DNA from: Candidatus Latescibacterota bacterium
GTDB taxonomy: Bacteria; Latescibacterota; UBA2968; GCA-2709665
DNA length: 64,000 bases
Assembly: GCA_965222075.1 (NCBI GenBank)
Contig: OZ244937.1
Coordinates: 352,001 to 416,000 of the forward strand
Direction of reading: 5' to 3'
How positions within the stretch are numbered: the first letter of the stretch is position 1; the number at the start of each line of letters is the position of its first letter. Below, piece by piece: positions 22,347 to 31,933 of this stretch. Under the pieces are notes generated by a model that saw only the letters and a list, made by a program, of their open reading frames with translations, searched no databases and was not told where the DNA came from. A program made the position numbers and the translations under genes.

Positions 22347-22826
22347 TTGAGATACGCATTCAGTTTGGGTTTTGTGTTGTTCGGGGTATGGCTGCTGTGG
22401 TCCGGCCATTTTAAGGACCCTCTGCTTCTGGGCCTGGGGGTTGTCTCCTGCGCCCTTGTGGTCGCAATTGCTCTGCGCATGGACACCGTAGACCACGAGG
22501 GGCATCCGATGCACCTGGTTGGGCGCGCAGTTGTCTACTGGCCCTGGTTGCTGTGGGCAATCATCAAGGCCAATATCGACGTCGCCCTCCGAATTCTGAG
22601 TCCCAGGCTGCCCATCAGCCCAACCATGGTGGAGGTCCAAACAAGCCAAAAAAGTGCGCTGGGGCAGGTCATCTATGCCAATTCCATCACACTGACGCCA
22701 GGGACGGTTTCGGTTGACCTCACAGACGACATGATTATTGTGCATGCCCTTTCGCGCGAGAGCGCCGAAGCGCTTATGGACGGCGAAATGGACCGCCGCG
22801 TAACGGTTATGGAAGGAGCATCCTGA
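22347..22826 (+). CDS. mrpE: Mrp Na+/H+ antiporter subunit E
   Basis: W.LWSG, ANSITLTPGT, VHAL motifs. Confidence 0.9.
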   Translation: MRYAFSLGFVLFGVWLLWSGHFKDPLLLGLGVVSCALVVAIALRMDTVDHEGHPMHLVGRAVVYWPWLLWAIIKANIDVALRILSPRLPISPTMVEVQTSQKSALGQVIYANSITLTPGTVSVDLTDDMIIVHALSRESAEALMDGEMDRRVTVMEGAS

Positions 22827-23116
22827 TGTTGTTTGTCTCGGCAATGGCGGCCATCCTTGTGACCATGCTCCTGGCCCTTTCGCGCGCTGTTCTGGGTCCC
22901 ACCGTGTACGACCGCATCCTGGCGGTCAACATGGCCGGCACCAAGACCGTTCTGCTCATCGCCGTGCTCGGTTTCCTCACCGGGCGGCCGGATTTTCTGG
23001 ACCTGGCGCTTATCTATGTCTTCTTGAATTTCATCGGCACCATCGCTGTCCTCAAATTCGTCCAATACGGCAATCTCGCCGCTTCCGGTGATGAGGAAGG
23101 AGAGGTCCGGGCCTGA
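22826..23116 (+). CDS. mrpF: Mrp Na+/H+ antiporter subunit F
   Basis: GPTVYDRILA, DLALIY motifs. Confidence 0.9.
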   Translation: MLFVSAMAAILVTMLLALSRAVLGPTVYDRILAVNMAGTKTVLLIAVLGFLTGRPDFLDLALIYVFLNFIGTIAVLKFVQYGNLAASGDEEGEVRA

Positions 23117-23436
23117 TGGAACCGATTCTTGCAATCATCAGCTGGGTTTTTATCCTCCTCGGCTCCCTTTTCTGCATCGTCGGCGGCATCGGGCTCCTGC
23201 GCCTGCCGGACTTTTTCAGCCGCATGCACGGCGCGGGCATCACCGATACCCTGGGCGCCGGACTCGTCCTTGTGGGTTTGATGTTCCACGCTGGGCTTTC
23301 CCTGGTGACGGTAAAGCTCATGATGATCCTTTTTATCATTTATCTGACCAGCCCCACCGGAACGCATGCGGTCGCCAAAGCGGCGCATGCGGCTGGCCTG
23401 AAGCCCCTGCTTGAGGGTGAGGATGAGAGATCGTGA
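23116..23436 (+). CDS. mrpG: Mrp Na+/H+ antiporter subunit G
   Basis: GLLRLPDFFSRMHG...DTLG, TSP..HA. Confidence 0.9.
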   Translation: MEPILAIISWVFILLGSLFCIVGGIGLLRLPDFFSRMHGAGITDTLGAGLVLVGLMFHAGLSLVTVKLMMILFIIYLTSPTGTHAVAKAAHAAGLKPLLEGEDERS

Positions 23437-23981
23437 TCGAACTCATCGACATGCTGCTGCTTGCGTTTATGGCCGTCGTAGCCATTACAATTGCCCGGCT
23501 GCGCAACCTCTTAGCCGCGGTTATGGTCGCCGGTTTCTTCAGCCTGTTGTCTGCAGGTATGTTTCTCGTCTTAGACGCCGTAGACGTCGCTTTCACCGAG
23601 GCCGCTGTGGGCGTGGGTATCTCGACGGTACTCATGCTGGGTACCCTGCTTCTGACGACCCACGAAGAAAAAACGTCGGTCCGCAAGTCCTGGTGGCCTT
23701 TCGTCGTGGTATTGTTGACAGGCGTGGCCCTGGTCTACGGCACCCTCGACATGCCGCACTACGGCGATCCGAATGCACCGATTCATAAGCATGTCGCCCC
23801 ACGCTATATCCAGGTTTCGCCGTCGGAGATCGGGGTTCCCAATGTGGTGACCTCGGTCCTGGCAAGCTACCGGGGGTACGATACACTGGGAGAGGTCACC
23901 GTAATTTTTACCGCCGGGGTCGGTGTGTTGCTGTTGATCGGCGGGTCTGTGCGCAGGCGCACCAGGGGGGGCAGCAAGTGA
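23433..23981 (+). CDS. Mrp subunit B-related DUF4040 protein (stand-alone MrpA C-terminal part)
   Basis: DAVDVAFTEAAVG and NVVTSVLASYRGYDTLGE motifs. Confidence 0.85.
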   Translation: MIELIDMLLLAFMAVVAITIARLRNLLAAVMVAGFFSLLSAGMFLVLDAVDVAFTEAAVGVGISTVLMLGTLLLTTHEEKTSVRKSWWPFVVVLLTGVALVYGTLDMPHYGDPNAPIHKHVAPRYIQVSPSEIGVPNVVTSVLASYRGYDTLGEVTVIFTAGVGVLLLIGGSVRRRTRGGSK

Positions 23982-24397
23982 AACACAATATCATCCTGAG
24001 GGTCGTTGCCAAGCTCTTCATTCCCTTTATTATGCTCTTTGCGCTCTATGTACAATTCCACGGAGATTACGGCCCCGGAGGTGGGTTCCAGGCCGGTGTT
24101 ATCTTCGCCGCGGCCTTCGTACTCTACACCTTGATCTACGGCCTGGACGAAGCGCAGCGGGTCGCGAGGCCCGCGGTCGTCCAGTGCTTCGTCGCTCTGG
24201 GCGTGTTGCTCTACGCCGGGACCGGGGTGGCGTCCCTGTTCCTGGGCGGCAACTATCTGGGCTACAGCGTCCTGCTGCACGATCCGGTCCACGGCCAGCA
24301 CCTGGGGATTTTTCTCATTGAATTGGGGGTGGGCACGACCGTCGCCGCGGTGATGGTCTCCGCCTTCTTCTGTTTTGCCGGACGAGGTCGATCATGA
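23978..24397 (+). CDS. mrpB: Mrp Na+/H+ antiporter subunit B
   Basis: HGDYGPGGGFQAG, IELGVG. Confidence 0.9.
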   Translation: MKHNIILRVVAKLFIPFIMLFALYVQFHGDYGPGGGFQAGVIFAAAFVLYTLIYGLDEAQRVARPAVVQCFVALGVLLYAGTGVASLFLGGNYLGYSVLLHDPVHGQHLGIFLIELGVGTTVAAVMVSAFFCFAGRGRS

Positions 24398-24750
24398 CCG
24401 CCTGGCCAGGTCTCTACAATTACTGGATTGTGATCTTCTTGATGATGACCGGGTTCTACATCGTCATTGCCCGCGGCAACCTGATCAAGAAGATCATCGG
24501 CCTCAACATTTTTCAGACTTCGGTCTTCTTGCTCTACATCAGCATGGGCAAGGTTTCGGGGGGTACTGTGCCCATCCTCACCGAGCCGGGTGCGAACTAT
24601 TCGAACCCCCTCCCCCACGTCCTCATTCTGACCGCCATCGTCGTCGGCGTCGCCACCACAGGGGTGGGACTGGCTCTGGTGGTGCGCATTAAGGAGGCTT
24701 ACGGCACGATCGAAGAAGACGAGATTCTCAGCCAGGACAAAGCGTCGTGA
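24394..24750 (+). CDS. mrpC: Mrp Na+/H+ antiporter subunit C
   Basis: NLIKKIIGL, NPLPHVLILTAIVVG. Confidence 0.92.
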   Translation: MTAWPGLYNYWIVIFLMMTGFYIVIARGNLIKKIIGLNIFQTSVFLLYISMGKVSGGTVPILTEPGANYSNPLPHVLILTAIVVGVATTGVGLALVVRIKEAYGTIEEDEILSQDKAS

Positions 24751-26234
24751 TCTCCGCCCACCTTCCCATTCTGTTGATCGTCATTCCACTGATGTCAGCC
24801 CCGATCTGTGTGCTGTTGCGCCGCGGGACGCTCGCCTGGTCATTCGCCCTCCTCGTCAGCTGGGCTACGCTTGCCATGGGTGCTATGCTGCTGCTGCGTG
24901 TTCTGGACAGCGGCGTCCCCATCTCTTATGAACTGGGCAATTGGAGCGCTCCCTGGGGTATCGAATACAGAGTAGACCCACTCAATGCCTTTGTATTGTT
25001 GCTCGTCGCTATCATCGGCGCAGTCGTCCTTTTGTATGCGAAGCCCAGTGTGGCCGGGGAACTCCCGCAGGTCCGACACAATCTGTTCTACGCGGCCTTT
25101 CTGCTCTGCTTGACCGGCTTGCTGGGCATGGCCATCACGGGCGATGCCTTCAATCTCTTTGTCTTTCTGGAAATCTCATCCCTCTCATCGTATGCTTTGA
25201 TCAGTCTGGGGCGGGACCGCCGGGCTCTGACCGCGTCCTACCAGTACCTGGTTATGGGCACGGTCGGGGCCACTTTTTTCGTGATTGGGGTCGGTCTGCT
25301 CTACATGATGACCGGCACGCTTAACATGGCGGACCTGGCGGTCCGTCTGCGTCCGGTTATGGGCACCCGCACGATTTTGGCGGCCTTTGCCTTTCTCAGT
25401 GTGGGCTTGAGCCTCAAGCTCGCCCTGTTTCCGCTGCACCTGTGGCTCCCAAACGCCTACACCTATGCCCCTTCGGTGGTGACGGCATTTATTGCAGCGA
25501 CGGCGACCAAGGTATCGATCTATGTGTTCCTGCGTTTTGTCTTTACCATCTTCGGGTCTGGCTTTGCCTTCGAAACGATGCGGCTGGATGCCTTGCTGAT
25601 GCCGTTGTCCCTGATCGGTATTTTCGTCGCTTCAACGGTGGCCATCTTTCAGAACAATATCAAACGCATGCTTGCCTATTCGAGTGTTGCCCAAATCGGC
25701 TACGTGATGCTGGGACTCAGTTTCGTCTCGGTGACCGGCCTCACCGCCTGCATTGTGCACCTGTTCAACCACGCCCTGATGAAGGGTGCGCTGTTTCTGG
25801 GGATGGGCTGCATCGCTCTGCGGATCGGTTCGGTTAACCTCGACGATATGCGCGGGTTGGGGCGGCGTATGCCTGTCACCATGTCCGCCTTCGTCCTGGG
25901 CGGCCTCAGTCTCATCGGGGTGCCTTTAACGGTTGGGTTCATCAGCAAATGGTACCTGGTTCTCGCAGCCCTGCAAAAGGGCTGGTGGCCGATTGCGGTT
26001 CTCGTCCTGATCGGCTCTCTGCTTGCCTTGATCTACATCTGGCGGGTCGTCGAGGTCGCCTATTTTCGGAAGCCTCCTGATGAGCCCGTCAAGATCGTGG
26101 AAGCCCCCCTGCTTATGCACATCCCGATGTGGATCTTGATTGCCGCGAACCTGTACTTCGGGATTTCAACTTCACTGACCGCTGGCGTCGCTCACAGGGC
26201 CGCCGAACTGCTTTTGGGGGTCACAACGCCATGA
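24747..26234 (+). CDS. mrpD: Mrp subunit D (antiporter-like, copy 1)
   Basis: GDAFNLFVFLE, FPLHLWLPNAY, KRMLAYSS, GFISKW. Confidence 0.9.
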   Translation: MISAHLPILLIVIPLMSAPICVLLRRGTLAWSFALLVSWATLAMGAMLLLRVLDSGVPISYELGNWSAPWGIEYRVDPLNAFVLLLVAIIGAVVLLYAKPSVAGELPQVRHNLFYAAFLLCLTGLLGMAITGDAFNLFVFLEISSLSSYALISLGRDRRALTASYQYLVMGTVGATFFVIGVGLLYMMTGTLNMADLAVRLRPVMGTRTILAAFAFLSVGLSLKLALFPLHLWLPNAYTYAPSVVTAFIAATATKVSIYVFLRFVFTIFGSGFAFETMRLDALLMPLSLIGIFVASTVAIFQNNIKRMLAYSSVAQIGYVMLGLSFVSVTGLTACIVHLFNHALMKGALFLGMGCIALRIGSVNLDDMRGLGRRMPVTMSAFVLGGLSLIGVPLTVGFISKWYLVLAALQKGWWPIAVLVLIGSLLALIYIWRVVEVAYFRKPPDEPVKIVEAPLLMHIPMWILIAANLYFGISTSLTAGVAHRAAELLLGVTTP

Positions 26235-27694
26235 GTCCATCCACCGCTACACTGGTCGCCGTTGTCCTGCCCCTGCTTGGCGCCCCGATTATCGCTCTGC
26301 TGGGTCAACGACCCAATCTGCGTGAGGCGGTAACCCTGGGTACTGGCGGGATGCTGTTCCTGGTTGTAGCGTCTCTGGTCCCGGAGGTGCTTGCCGGGCG
26401 CAGGCCCGGGATTCAGATCTTAGATGTGATGCCCGGGCTGGCGCTGGCCTTTGAAGTTGAGCCTCTGGGTATGCTCTTTGGCCTGGTTGCGTCCGGTTTG
26501 TGGATTGTGACCTCTCTGTATTCAATCGGGTATATGCGGGGCCACCACGAGGAGCACCAGACCCGGTTTTACGTGTTTTTTGCGATTGCTATCACGGGCG
26601 CCATAGGCGTGGCCTTTGCGCGTAATGTGCTTACCCTGTTCATTTTCTACGAGGTGCTGACGCTGTCGACGTATCCGCTTGTTACGCATCACCGGACCGA
26701 GGAGGCGCTACGGTCCGGCAGAATCTATATGGGCATTTTACTCAGTACATCGGTGGGGTTTCTGTTCCTGGCCACCGTGTGGACGTGGAAGCTGACGGGC
26801 ACACTTGAATTTACCCCGGGAGGAATTCTCTCAGGCAAGGCCAGCAATACCGTCATCGGTGTGCTGCTGGCGCTTTACGCATTTGGCACCGGGAAAGCGG
26901 CGCTGATGCCCTTCCACCGCTGGCTGCCCGCCGCGATGGTGGCGCCCACACCGGTGAGCGCCCTGTTACACGCGGTGGCCGTTGTGAAAGCCGGCGTATT
27001 TACGGTGATGAAAATAATCGTCTACGTGTTTGGGATTGACCTGCTCAGCAGCACAGGGTTGAGTGTGTGGTTAATGTATGTGGCCGGGGCGACCATCCTT
27101 ATCGCGTCCCTGGTGGCGCTGACCAGGGATAATCTCAAAGCGCGTCTGGCTTACTCCACGATCAGCCAATTGTCTTATATCGTGTTTGGGGCAGCGCTTG
27201 CGAACACCTGGGGGGTAATCGGCGGCAGCATGCATATTGCCATGCACGCATTCGGCAAGATTACCCTGTTTTTCTGCGCGGGCGCGATTCTGGTGGCTTT
27301 GCATAAGACGGAGATTAGCGATATGGACGGGATCGGAAAGACCATGCCCGTTACCATGTTTGCTTTCTTCATTGGATCGTTGAGCATTATCGGCCTGCCT
27401 CCGTTCGGCGGTTCGTGGAGCAAGTGGTACCTGGCACTGGGCGCTGCGGAGGCCCATCAGTTCGTCTTCGTTGCTGTGTTGATGATCAGTTCGCTTCTGA
27501 ACATCGCCTATCTGATGCCGATCGTGGCACGCGCTTTTTTCCTGGCGCCTTCCACAGCACCGGCCAATTCATCCATTCGGGAAGCGCCCATGTTCTGTGT
27601 TGTGCCGCTGTGCATGACGGCTGCGGGATGTCTTGTGCTCTTTTTCTTTGCCGATGATATCTACCGGTTGCTGGAGCCGATTGCCCAGCCTTGA
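26231..27694 (+). CDS. Mrp subunit D/A-like antiporter subunit (copy 2)
   Basis: FYEVLT, PFHRWLPAAMVAPTPVSALLHA, LAYST; ATG at 26231 overlaps the previous stop. Confidence 0.88.
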   Translation: MSPSTATLVAVVLPLLGAPIIALLGQRPNLREAVTLGTGGMLFLVVASLVPEVLAGRRPGIQILDVMPGLALAFEVEPLGMLFGLVASGLWIVTSLYSIGYMRGHHEEHQTRFYVFFAIAITGAIGVAFARNVLTLFIFYEVLTLSTYPLVTHHRTEEALRSGRIYMGILLSTSVGFLFLATVWTWKLTGTLEFTPGGILSGKASNTVIGVLLALYAFGTGKAALMPFHRWLPAAMVAPTPVSALLHAVAVVKAGVFTVMKIIVYVFGIDLLSSTGLSVWLMYVAGATILIASLVALTRDNLKARLAYSTISQLSYIVFGAALANTWGVIGGSMHIAMHAFGKITLFFCAGAILVALHKTEISDMDGIGKTMPVTMFAFFIGSLSIIGLPPFGGSWSKWYLALGAAEAHQFVFVAVLMISSLLNIAYLMPIVARAFFLAPSTAPANSSIREAPMFCVVPLCMTAAGCLVLFFFADDIYRLLEPIAQP

Positions 27695-27707
27695 GGGAGC
27701 GACGCTC

Positions 27708-27953
27708 ATGGAAAGCGAGAAGAAATACTGGCTGGATGAACCCGGCAATGTGAACAAGATCTGCTGGATGCTCTACGTTGTGTGCGCCCTTCTGGTTTTG
27801 GGCGATCTGGCTTACCACAAATATATCCACTTCAACATGGAGAACTGGTTCGGCTTTTATGGCTTTTACGGTTTTGTCGCCTGCGTGGGGCTGGTGGTGG
27901 CGGCCAAGGGGCTTCGCAGAATTCTAGGACGTAAGGAAGACTATTATGGTTGA
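27708..27953 (+). CDS. Small membrane protein of the Mrp cluster
   Basis: 81 aa, two hydrophobic segments, WLD.P.N and GFYGFYGF...R.EDYY; overlaps next gene. Confidence 0.7.
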   Translation: MESEKKYWLDEPGNVNKICWMLYVVCALLVLGDLAYHKYIHFNMENWFGFYGFYGFVACVGLVVAAKGLRRILGRKEDYYG

Positions 27954-29628
27954 TCAGCTTCCGCCAGCGTTCATCCTGATCTTCGGGGCGCTGCTGGTAC
28001 CGCTGCTGCGCGGGCGTCTGCAAGCGGCTTATATGCTGCTTTTACCGGTATTGGGGTTTGTCCATCTGGTTGGCCTTTCTCATGGTGCGTACTGGCAGAT
28101 GTCCATTTTTGACTACACCCTGACGCTGGTCCGGATCGATAAGCTCAGCCTTGTTTTCGGCTATATCTTCCATATTGCCGCCTTTCTCACCGTGGTCTAC
28201 GCCCTCCATGTGAAGGACAACACGCAGCATGTGGCCGGGCTGATTTACGTGGGGAGCGCAATTGGGGCCGTTTTTGCAGGCGATTTGATCACGCTGTTTG
28301 TGTACTGGGAACTCACGGCGGTCGCATCGGTGTTTCTGATCTGGAGCCGCCGGACCGAGCGTGCGTACGCCGCGGGTATGCGATACCTGATTGTCCAGGT
28401 GGGGTCAGGGGTTCTGCTGCTTGCGGGCACTCTTTTCCATCTCCAGGCAACCGGCTCGGTCGCGTTCAATTTCCTGGGGCTTAACAGCCTGGGGACCACG
28501 CTGATTTTTATTGCGTTTGGCATCAAGTGCGCGTTTCCTTTGCTCCACAGCTGGCTCCAGGATGCCTATCCCGAAGCAACGGTGACGGGGGCGGTGGTCC
28601 TGAGCGCTTTTACGACCAAGCTGGCGGTTTATGCCCTGGCGCGGGGTTTTCCGGGGACGGAAATTTTGATCCCGATCGGTGCGGTCATGGCCGCTTTTCC
28701 CATCTTCTATGCGGTGATCGAGAACGATCTCAGGCGTGTGCTGGCCCACAGCCTGAACAACCAGCTGGGCTTTATGGTTGTGGGCATCGGGATTGGAACG
28801 GAGATGGCGCTGAACGGCGCGGCGTCGCACGCGGTTGTCCATATTCTCTACAAAGCCCTGTTGTTTATGTCGATGGGCGCCGTGCTTTATCGGACGGGAA
28901 CCGTCAACGGATCGGAGCTGGGCGGGTTGTACAAATCCATGCCCTATACCACGGTCTTCTGTATTGTGGGCGCCGCTTCGATCTCGGCCTTTCCTTTTTT
29001 CAGCGGTTTTGTCACCAAGTCGATGATTGTTGCCGCAACGGCCGATGGGCACTATGTGCTTCCCTGGCTGGTGCTGCTGTTCGCCTCTGTGGCGGTGTAT
29101 GCGGGAATCAAGGTCCCCTTTTGCGCGTTTTTCGCCCACGATTCGGGGATGCGCTGCAAGGAGGCGCCCCTGAATATGCTGATCGCGATGGGGCTGACTG
29201 CGGCCCCGTGTATTCTGATCGGTATTTTCCCGAGACCCCTTTATCAGATGCTGCCCTACGCCGTGAATTACGATCCCTACACGACGAGCCACGTGATCAC
29301 GCAGTGGCAGCTTTTGTTCTGGTCCGGTCTGGCTTTCACGTTTTTAAAGCTAACGGGCATTTACCCGCCCGAGTTGAAGGCTGCGAATCTGGACAGCGAC
29401 TGGGTCTACCGCCGGTTGCTGCCCGTCACGGTCAACACCTTCGTGCGGGTCGGCGGTCCGGTGCGCGATAGCGTCCTGGGTAGCTTCAAGACGCAGATTG
29501 GCGTGGTGATCGCCGGCATACACCAGGTTCACGGACCCCAGGGTATTCTGGCGCGAACCTGGCTTACTGGCAGTGCGGTGCTGCTGGTCACGATTTTCCT
29601 GGCGGCCTATTTGATCTTTTATTTTTAA
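27946..29628 (+). CDS. Mrp subunit D/A-like antiporter subunit (copy 3)
   Basis: FVYWELT, PLLHSWLQDAYPEAT, FTTK, HILYKALL, SGFVTKS. Confidence 0.88.
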   Translation: MVDQLPPAFILIFGALLVPLLRGRLQAAYMLLLPVLGFVHLVGLSHGAYWQMSIFDYTLTLVRIDKLSLVFGYIFHIAAFLTVVYALHVKDNTQHVAGLIYVGSAIGAVFAGDLITLFVYWELTAVASVFLIWSRRTERAYAAGMRYLIVQVGSGVLLLAGTLFHLQATGSVAFNFLGLNSLGTTLIFIAFGIKCAFPLLHSWLQDAYPEATVTGAVVLSAFTTKLAVYALARGFPGTEILIPIGAVMAAFPIFYAVIENDLRRVLAHSLNNQLGFMVVGIGIGTEMALNGAASHAVVHILYKALLFMSMGAVLYRTGTVNGSELGGLYKSMPYTTVFCIVGAASISAFPFFSGFVTKSMIVAATADGHYVLPWLVLLFASVAVYAGIKVPFCAFFAHDSGMRCKEAPLNMLIAMGLTAAPCILIGIFPRPLYQMLPYAVNYDPYTTSHVITQWQLLFWSGLAFTFLKLTGIYPPELKAANLDSDWVYRRLLPVTVNTFVRVGGPVRDSVLGSFKTQIGVVIAGIHQVHGPQGILARTWLTGSAVLLVTIFLAAYLIFYF

Positions 29629-29658
29629 GAACCCGGGTTCAGCTGTTCTTTTGCTTTT

Positions 29659-29719
29659 GGCCTTTTTCTTGTTCGCCCAGGAAAAAGGCCGAAAAAGAAG
29701 GGCGCCTGCCTGCGTGGCG
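29659..29719. repeat. 61-bp structured dispersed repeat (inverted copy of 39157-39217)
   Basis: Reverse complement matches 39157-39217 with 3 mismatches; contains hairpin GGCCTTTTTC-N12-GAAAAAGGCC. Confidence 0.85.
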
Positions 29720-29803
29720 GCGTTCGGCGATATTTGCACTTGACTTTTTCAATGTATCCCTGTTAATTAACGTTACTAATGTTTCTTTCCGGGGTTTTTT
29801 GCC

Positions 29804-31249
29804 GTGGTTGATCTGAATTGGACCATTCTTATTCCCTCGCTGATCGTGACGGGATTTGTCCTGCTGGTGTTGTGTATCGACATCATCTGGCCGGTGAACC
29901 GGGGGACGGGGGCGGCCTATACGGCGCTGGTGGGCACGGTTGCGGCGCTGGTCGCCTCGGTGTGGCTCTGGGGCCGGTGCGAGTACAACGGGATCAGCGG
30001 GATGCTGGTTCTGGACAATTTTGCGCTCTTTTCCAACATCATTTTTCTGATCGGCACAGGGCTGACCATTTTTATCTCTATGGGTTATTTGCAGCGGGAG
30101 GATAGCGGCCGCAGCGAGTACTATCTGCTGCTTTTGACGGCGACGCTGGGCATGATGTTGATGGCCGCCGGAGCCGATCTGATCGTGATCTTCCTGGGCG
30201 TGGAGCTGATGTCGATCTCGCTCTATATCCTGGTGGGGTTTATGCGGGGTCGGCCGATCTCCAACGAGGGCTCGCTGAAGTACCTGCTCTTGGGGGCGTT
30301 TGCGACCGGTTTTCTGCTCTACGGGATCGCCCTGGTCTACGGGGCGCTTGGCACCACCAACCTGCGGGAGATCCAACAGGCGCTTGTGCAGGGGCGGATC
30401 AACAGCGATCTGATGCTGCTGGCGGGGCTGGCGCTGCTGATTGTAGGGTTCGCTTTCAAGGTGGCGGCCGTTCCCTTCCATATGTGGACGCCCGATGTGT
30501 ACGAGGGGGCGCCGACGGCGATTACGGCTTTTATTTCGGCAGGCCCCAAGGCGGCTGCGTTTGCGGCCTTCTTCAGGGTGCTGATGTTTTCGATGGCGCC
30601 GCTGCAGGACGAGTGGGCCGCGCCGCTGTGGGTGCTGGCGGTGTTGACGATGACGGTGGGCAACCTGGGCGCGCTCACTCAGCGGAGCATCAAACGGATG
30701 CTGGCTTATTCGAGCGTGGCGCACGCCGGCTATGTGCTGGTGGCGCTGGCGGCGGCCAGCGAGAAGGGGGTCAGCGCCGCGCTGTTTTACCTTTTGGCCT
30801 ATACCTTTATGAATATCGGGGCCTTTGCGGTTGTTATCCTGGTGGGGCGGAAAGGGGAGGAGAACCTGGATATTTCGAGCTACGCCGGGCTGGGCTTTCG
30901 ACACCCGGGCCTGGGGCTGGCGATGACCCTGTTTATGGTGTCGCTGGCGGGGCTGCCGCCCACCGCGGGGTTTTTCGGGAAGTTCTACATTTTCAGTGCG
31001 GCGGTTGAGGCTGATCTGGTTTCCTTAGCCATTATCGGGGTGCTCAACAGCCTGGTGTCGGTCTATTTCTACCTGGGGGTTGTTGTCAGTATGTATATGA
31101 GACAACCCGTGGAAGAGGCATCGGTTTCATCCATGCCCTTATTTGCGCGGGCTGCGCTTCTGGTGGCGTCTGTGGCGACCCTCTATATCGGTCTTTCACC
31201 TTCTCGGTTTCTGGCGTATGCACGGGAGACGGTGGATTCGCTGATGTGA
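29804..31249 (+). CDS. nuoN: NADH-quinone oxidoreductase subunit N
   Basis: ELMSISLY, EGSLKY, FKVAAVPFHMWTPDVYEGAPT, KRMLAYSSVAHAGY. Confidence 0.95.
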   Translation: MVDLNWTILIPSLIVTGFVLLVLCIDIIWPVNRGTGAAYTALVGTVAALVASVWLWGRCEYNGISGMLVLDNFALFSNIIFLIGTGLTIFISMGYLQREDSGRSEYYLLLLTATLGMMLMAAGADLIVIFLGVELMSISLYILVGFMRGRPISNEGSLKYLLLGAFATGFLLYGIALVYGALGTTNLREIQQALVQGRINSDLMLLAGLALLIVGFAFKVAAVPFHMWTPDVYEGAPTAITAFISAGPKAAAFAAFFRVLMFSMAPLQDEWAAPLWVLAVLTMTVGNLGALTQRSIKRMLAYSSVAHAGYVLVALAAASEKGVSAALFYLLAYTFMNIGAFAVVILVGRKGEENLDISSYAGLGFRHPGLGLAMTLFMVSLAGLPPTAGFFGKFYIFSAAVEADLVSLAIIGVLNSLVSVYFYLGVVVSMYMRQPVEEASVSSMPLFARAALLVASVATLYIGLSPSRFLAYARETVDSLM

Positions 31250-31528
31250 ATGAAGCGTGAAGAAGGATCGAGTTGGATGCAGGTTTACCGGCAGGTCGGG
31301 TCTTATCTGGGCATCGGCATCGAGTTTGTGGTTGCTATTCTGCTCTGTCTTTTTGCAGGGCGGTGGCTGGACGGCAAACTGGGAACGGAGCCGATTCTGA
31401 TGCTGGTGGGGGCGTTTGTGGGGATGGCAATCGGTTTTTACAGCTTTATTCGAACGGTTTTGCGGCTTCAGGAAGGGGAGGTGCGGGGGGCTGAAAAGGA
31501 GGAAGAGAAGCCGGAAGACGCGGAGTGA
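31250..31528 (+). CDS. AtpZ/AtpI family membrane protein
   Basis: G.WLDGKLGT.P motif, two TM segments, first gene of atp operon. Confidence 0.8.
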   Translation: MKREEGSSWMQVYRQVGSYLGIGIEFVVAILLCLFAGRWLDGKLGTEPILMLVGAFVGMAIGFYSFIRTVLRLQEGEVRGAEKEEEKPEDAE

Positions 31529-31929
31529 AGGTGGATCTCTCCGGATTTGTCAAACAGGTGGGGCTTGTCCTGGCCGGAGCGCTGGTGCTGGGAGGGTATC
31601 CCCTGTATGCCTATGCCGATGCCGCGGCGATCTGGGGCGTGGTTCTGGGGTGCGGGATCTGTGTGCTGAACGCGCTGGCCGGTTGCACTTCGGCTGTCTG
31701 GGCGTTTGAAAAACCGCACAAGGTCTTCGTGAGGACGTTGTTTGGCGGGATGGCCGTTCGGTTGTTGGCGATGGGCCTGGTCTTTTTTCTGTTGATCAAG
31801 TTTACAGGAGTGCACGTGCTGGGGCTGGCAATTTCTCTCTTTCTGTTTTACGTGCTGTTCCAGGTCCTGGAAATCCGATTTTTGATGGGGCATCTGCCCG
31901 CCCGCGAGGTCTCAAAGGAGAGGGCATAA
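31525..31929 (+). CDS. atpI: ATP synthase protein I-like membrane protein
   Basis: Four hydrophobic segments, GGMAVRL, directly upstream of atpB. Confidence 0.65.
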   Translation: MKVDLSGFVKQVGLVLAGALVLGGYPLYAYADAAAIWGVVLGCGICVLNALAGCTSAVWAFEKPHKVFVRTLFGGMAVRLLAMGLVFFLLIKFTGVHVLGLAISLFLFYVLFQVLEIRFLMGHLPAREVSKERA

Positions 31930-31933
31930 CGCA

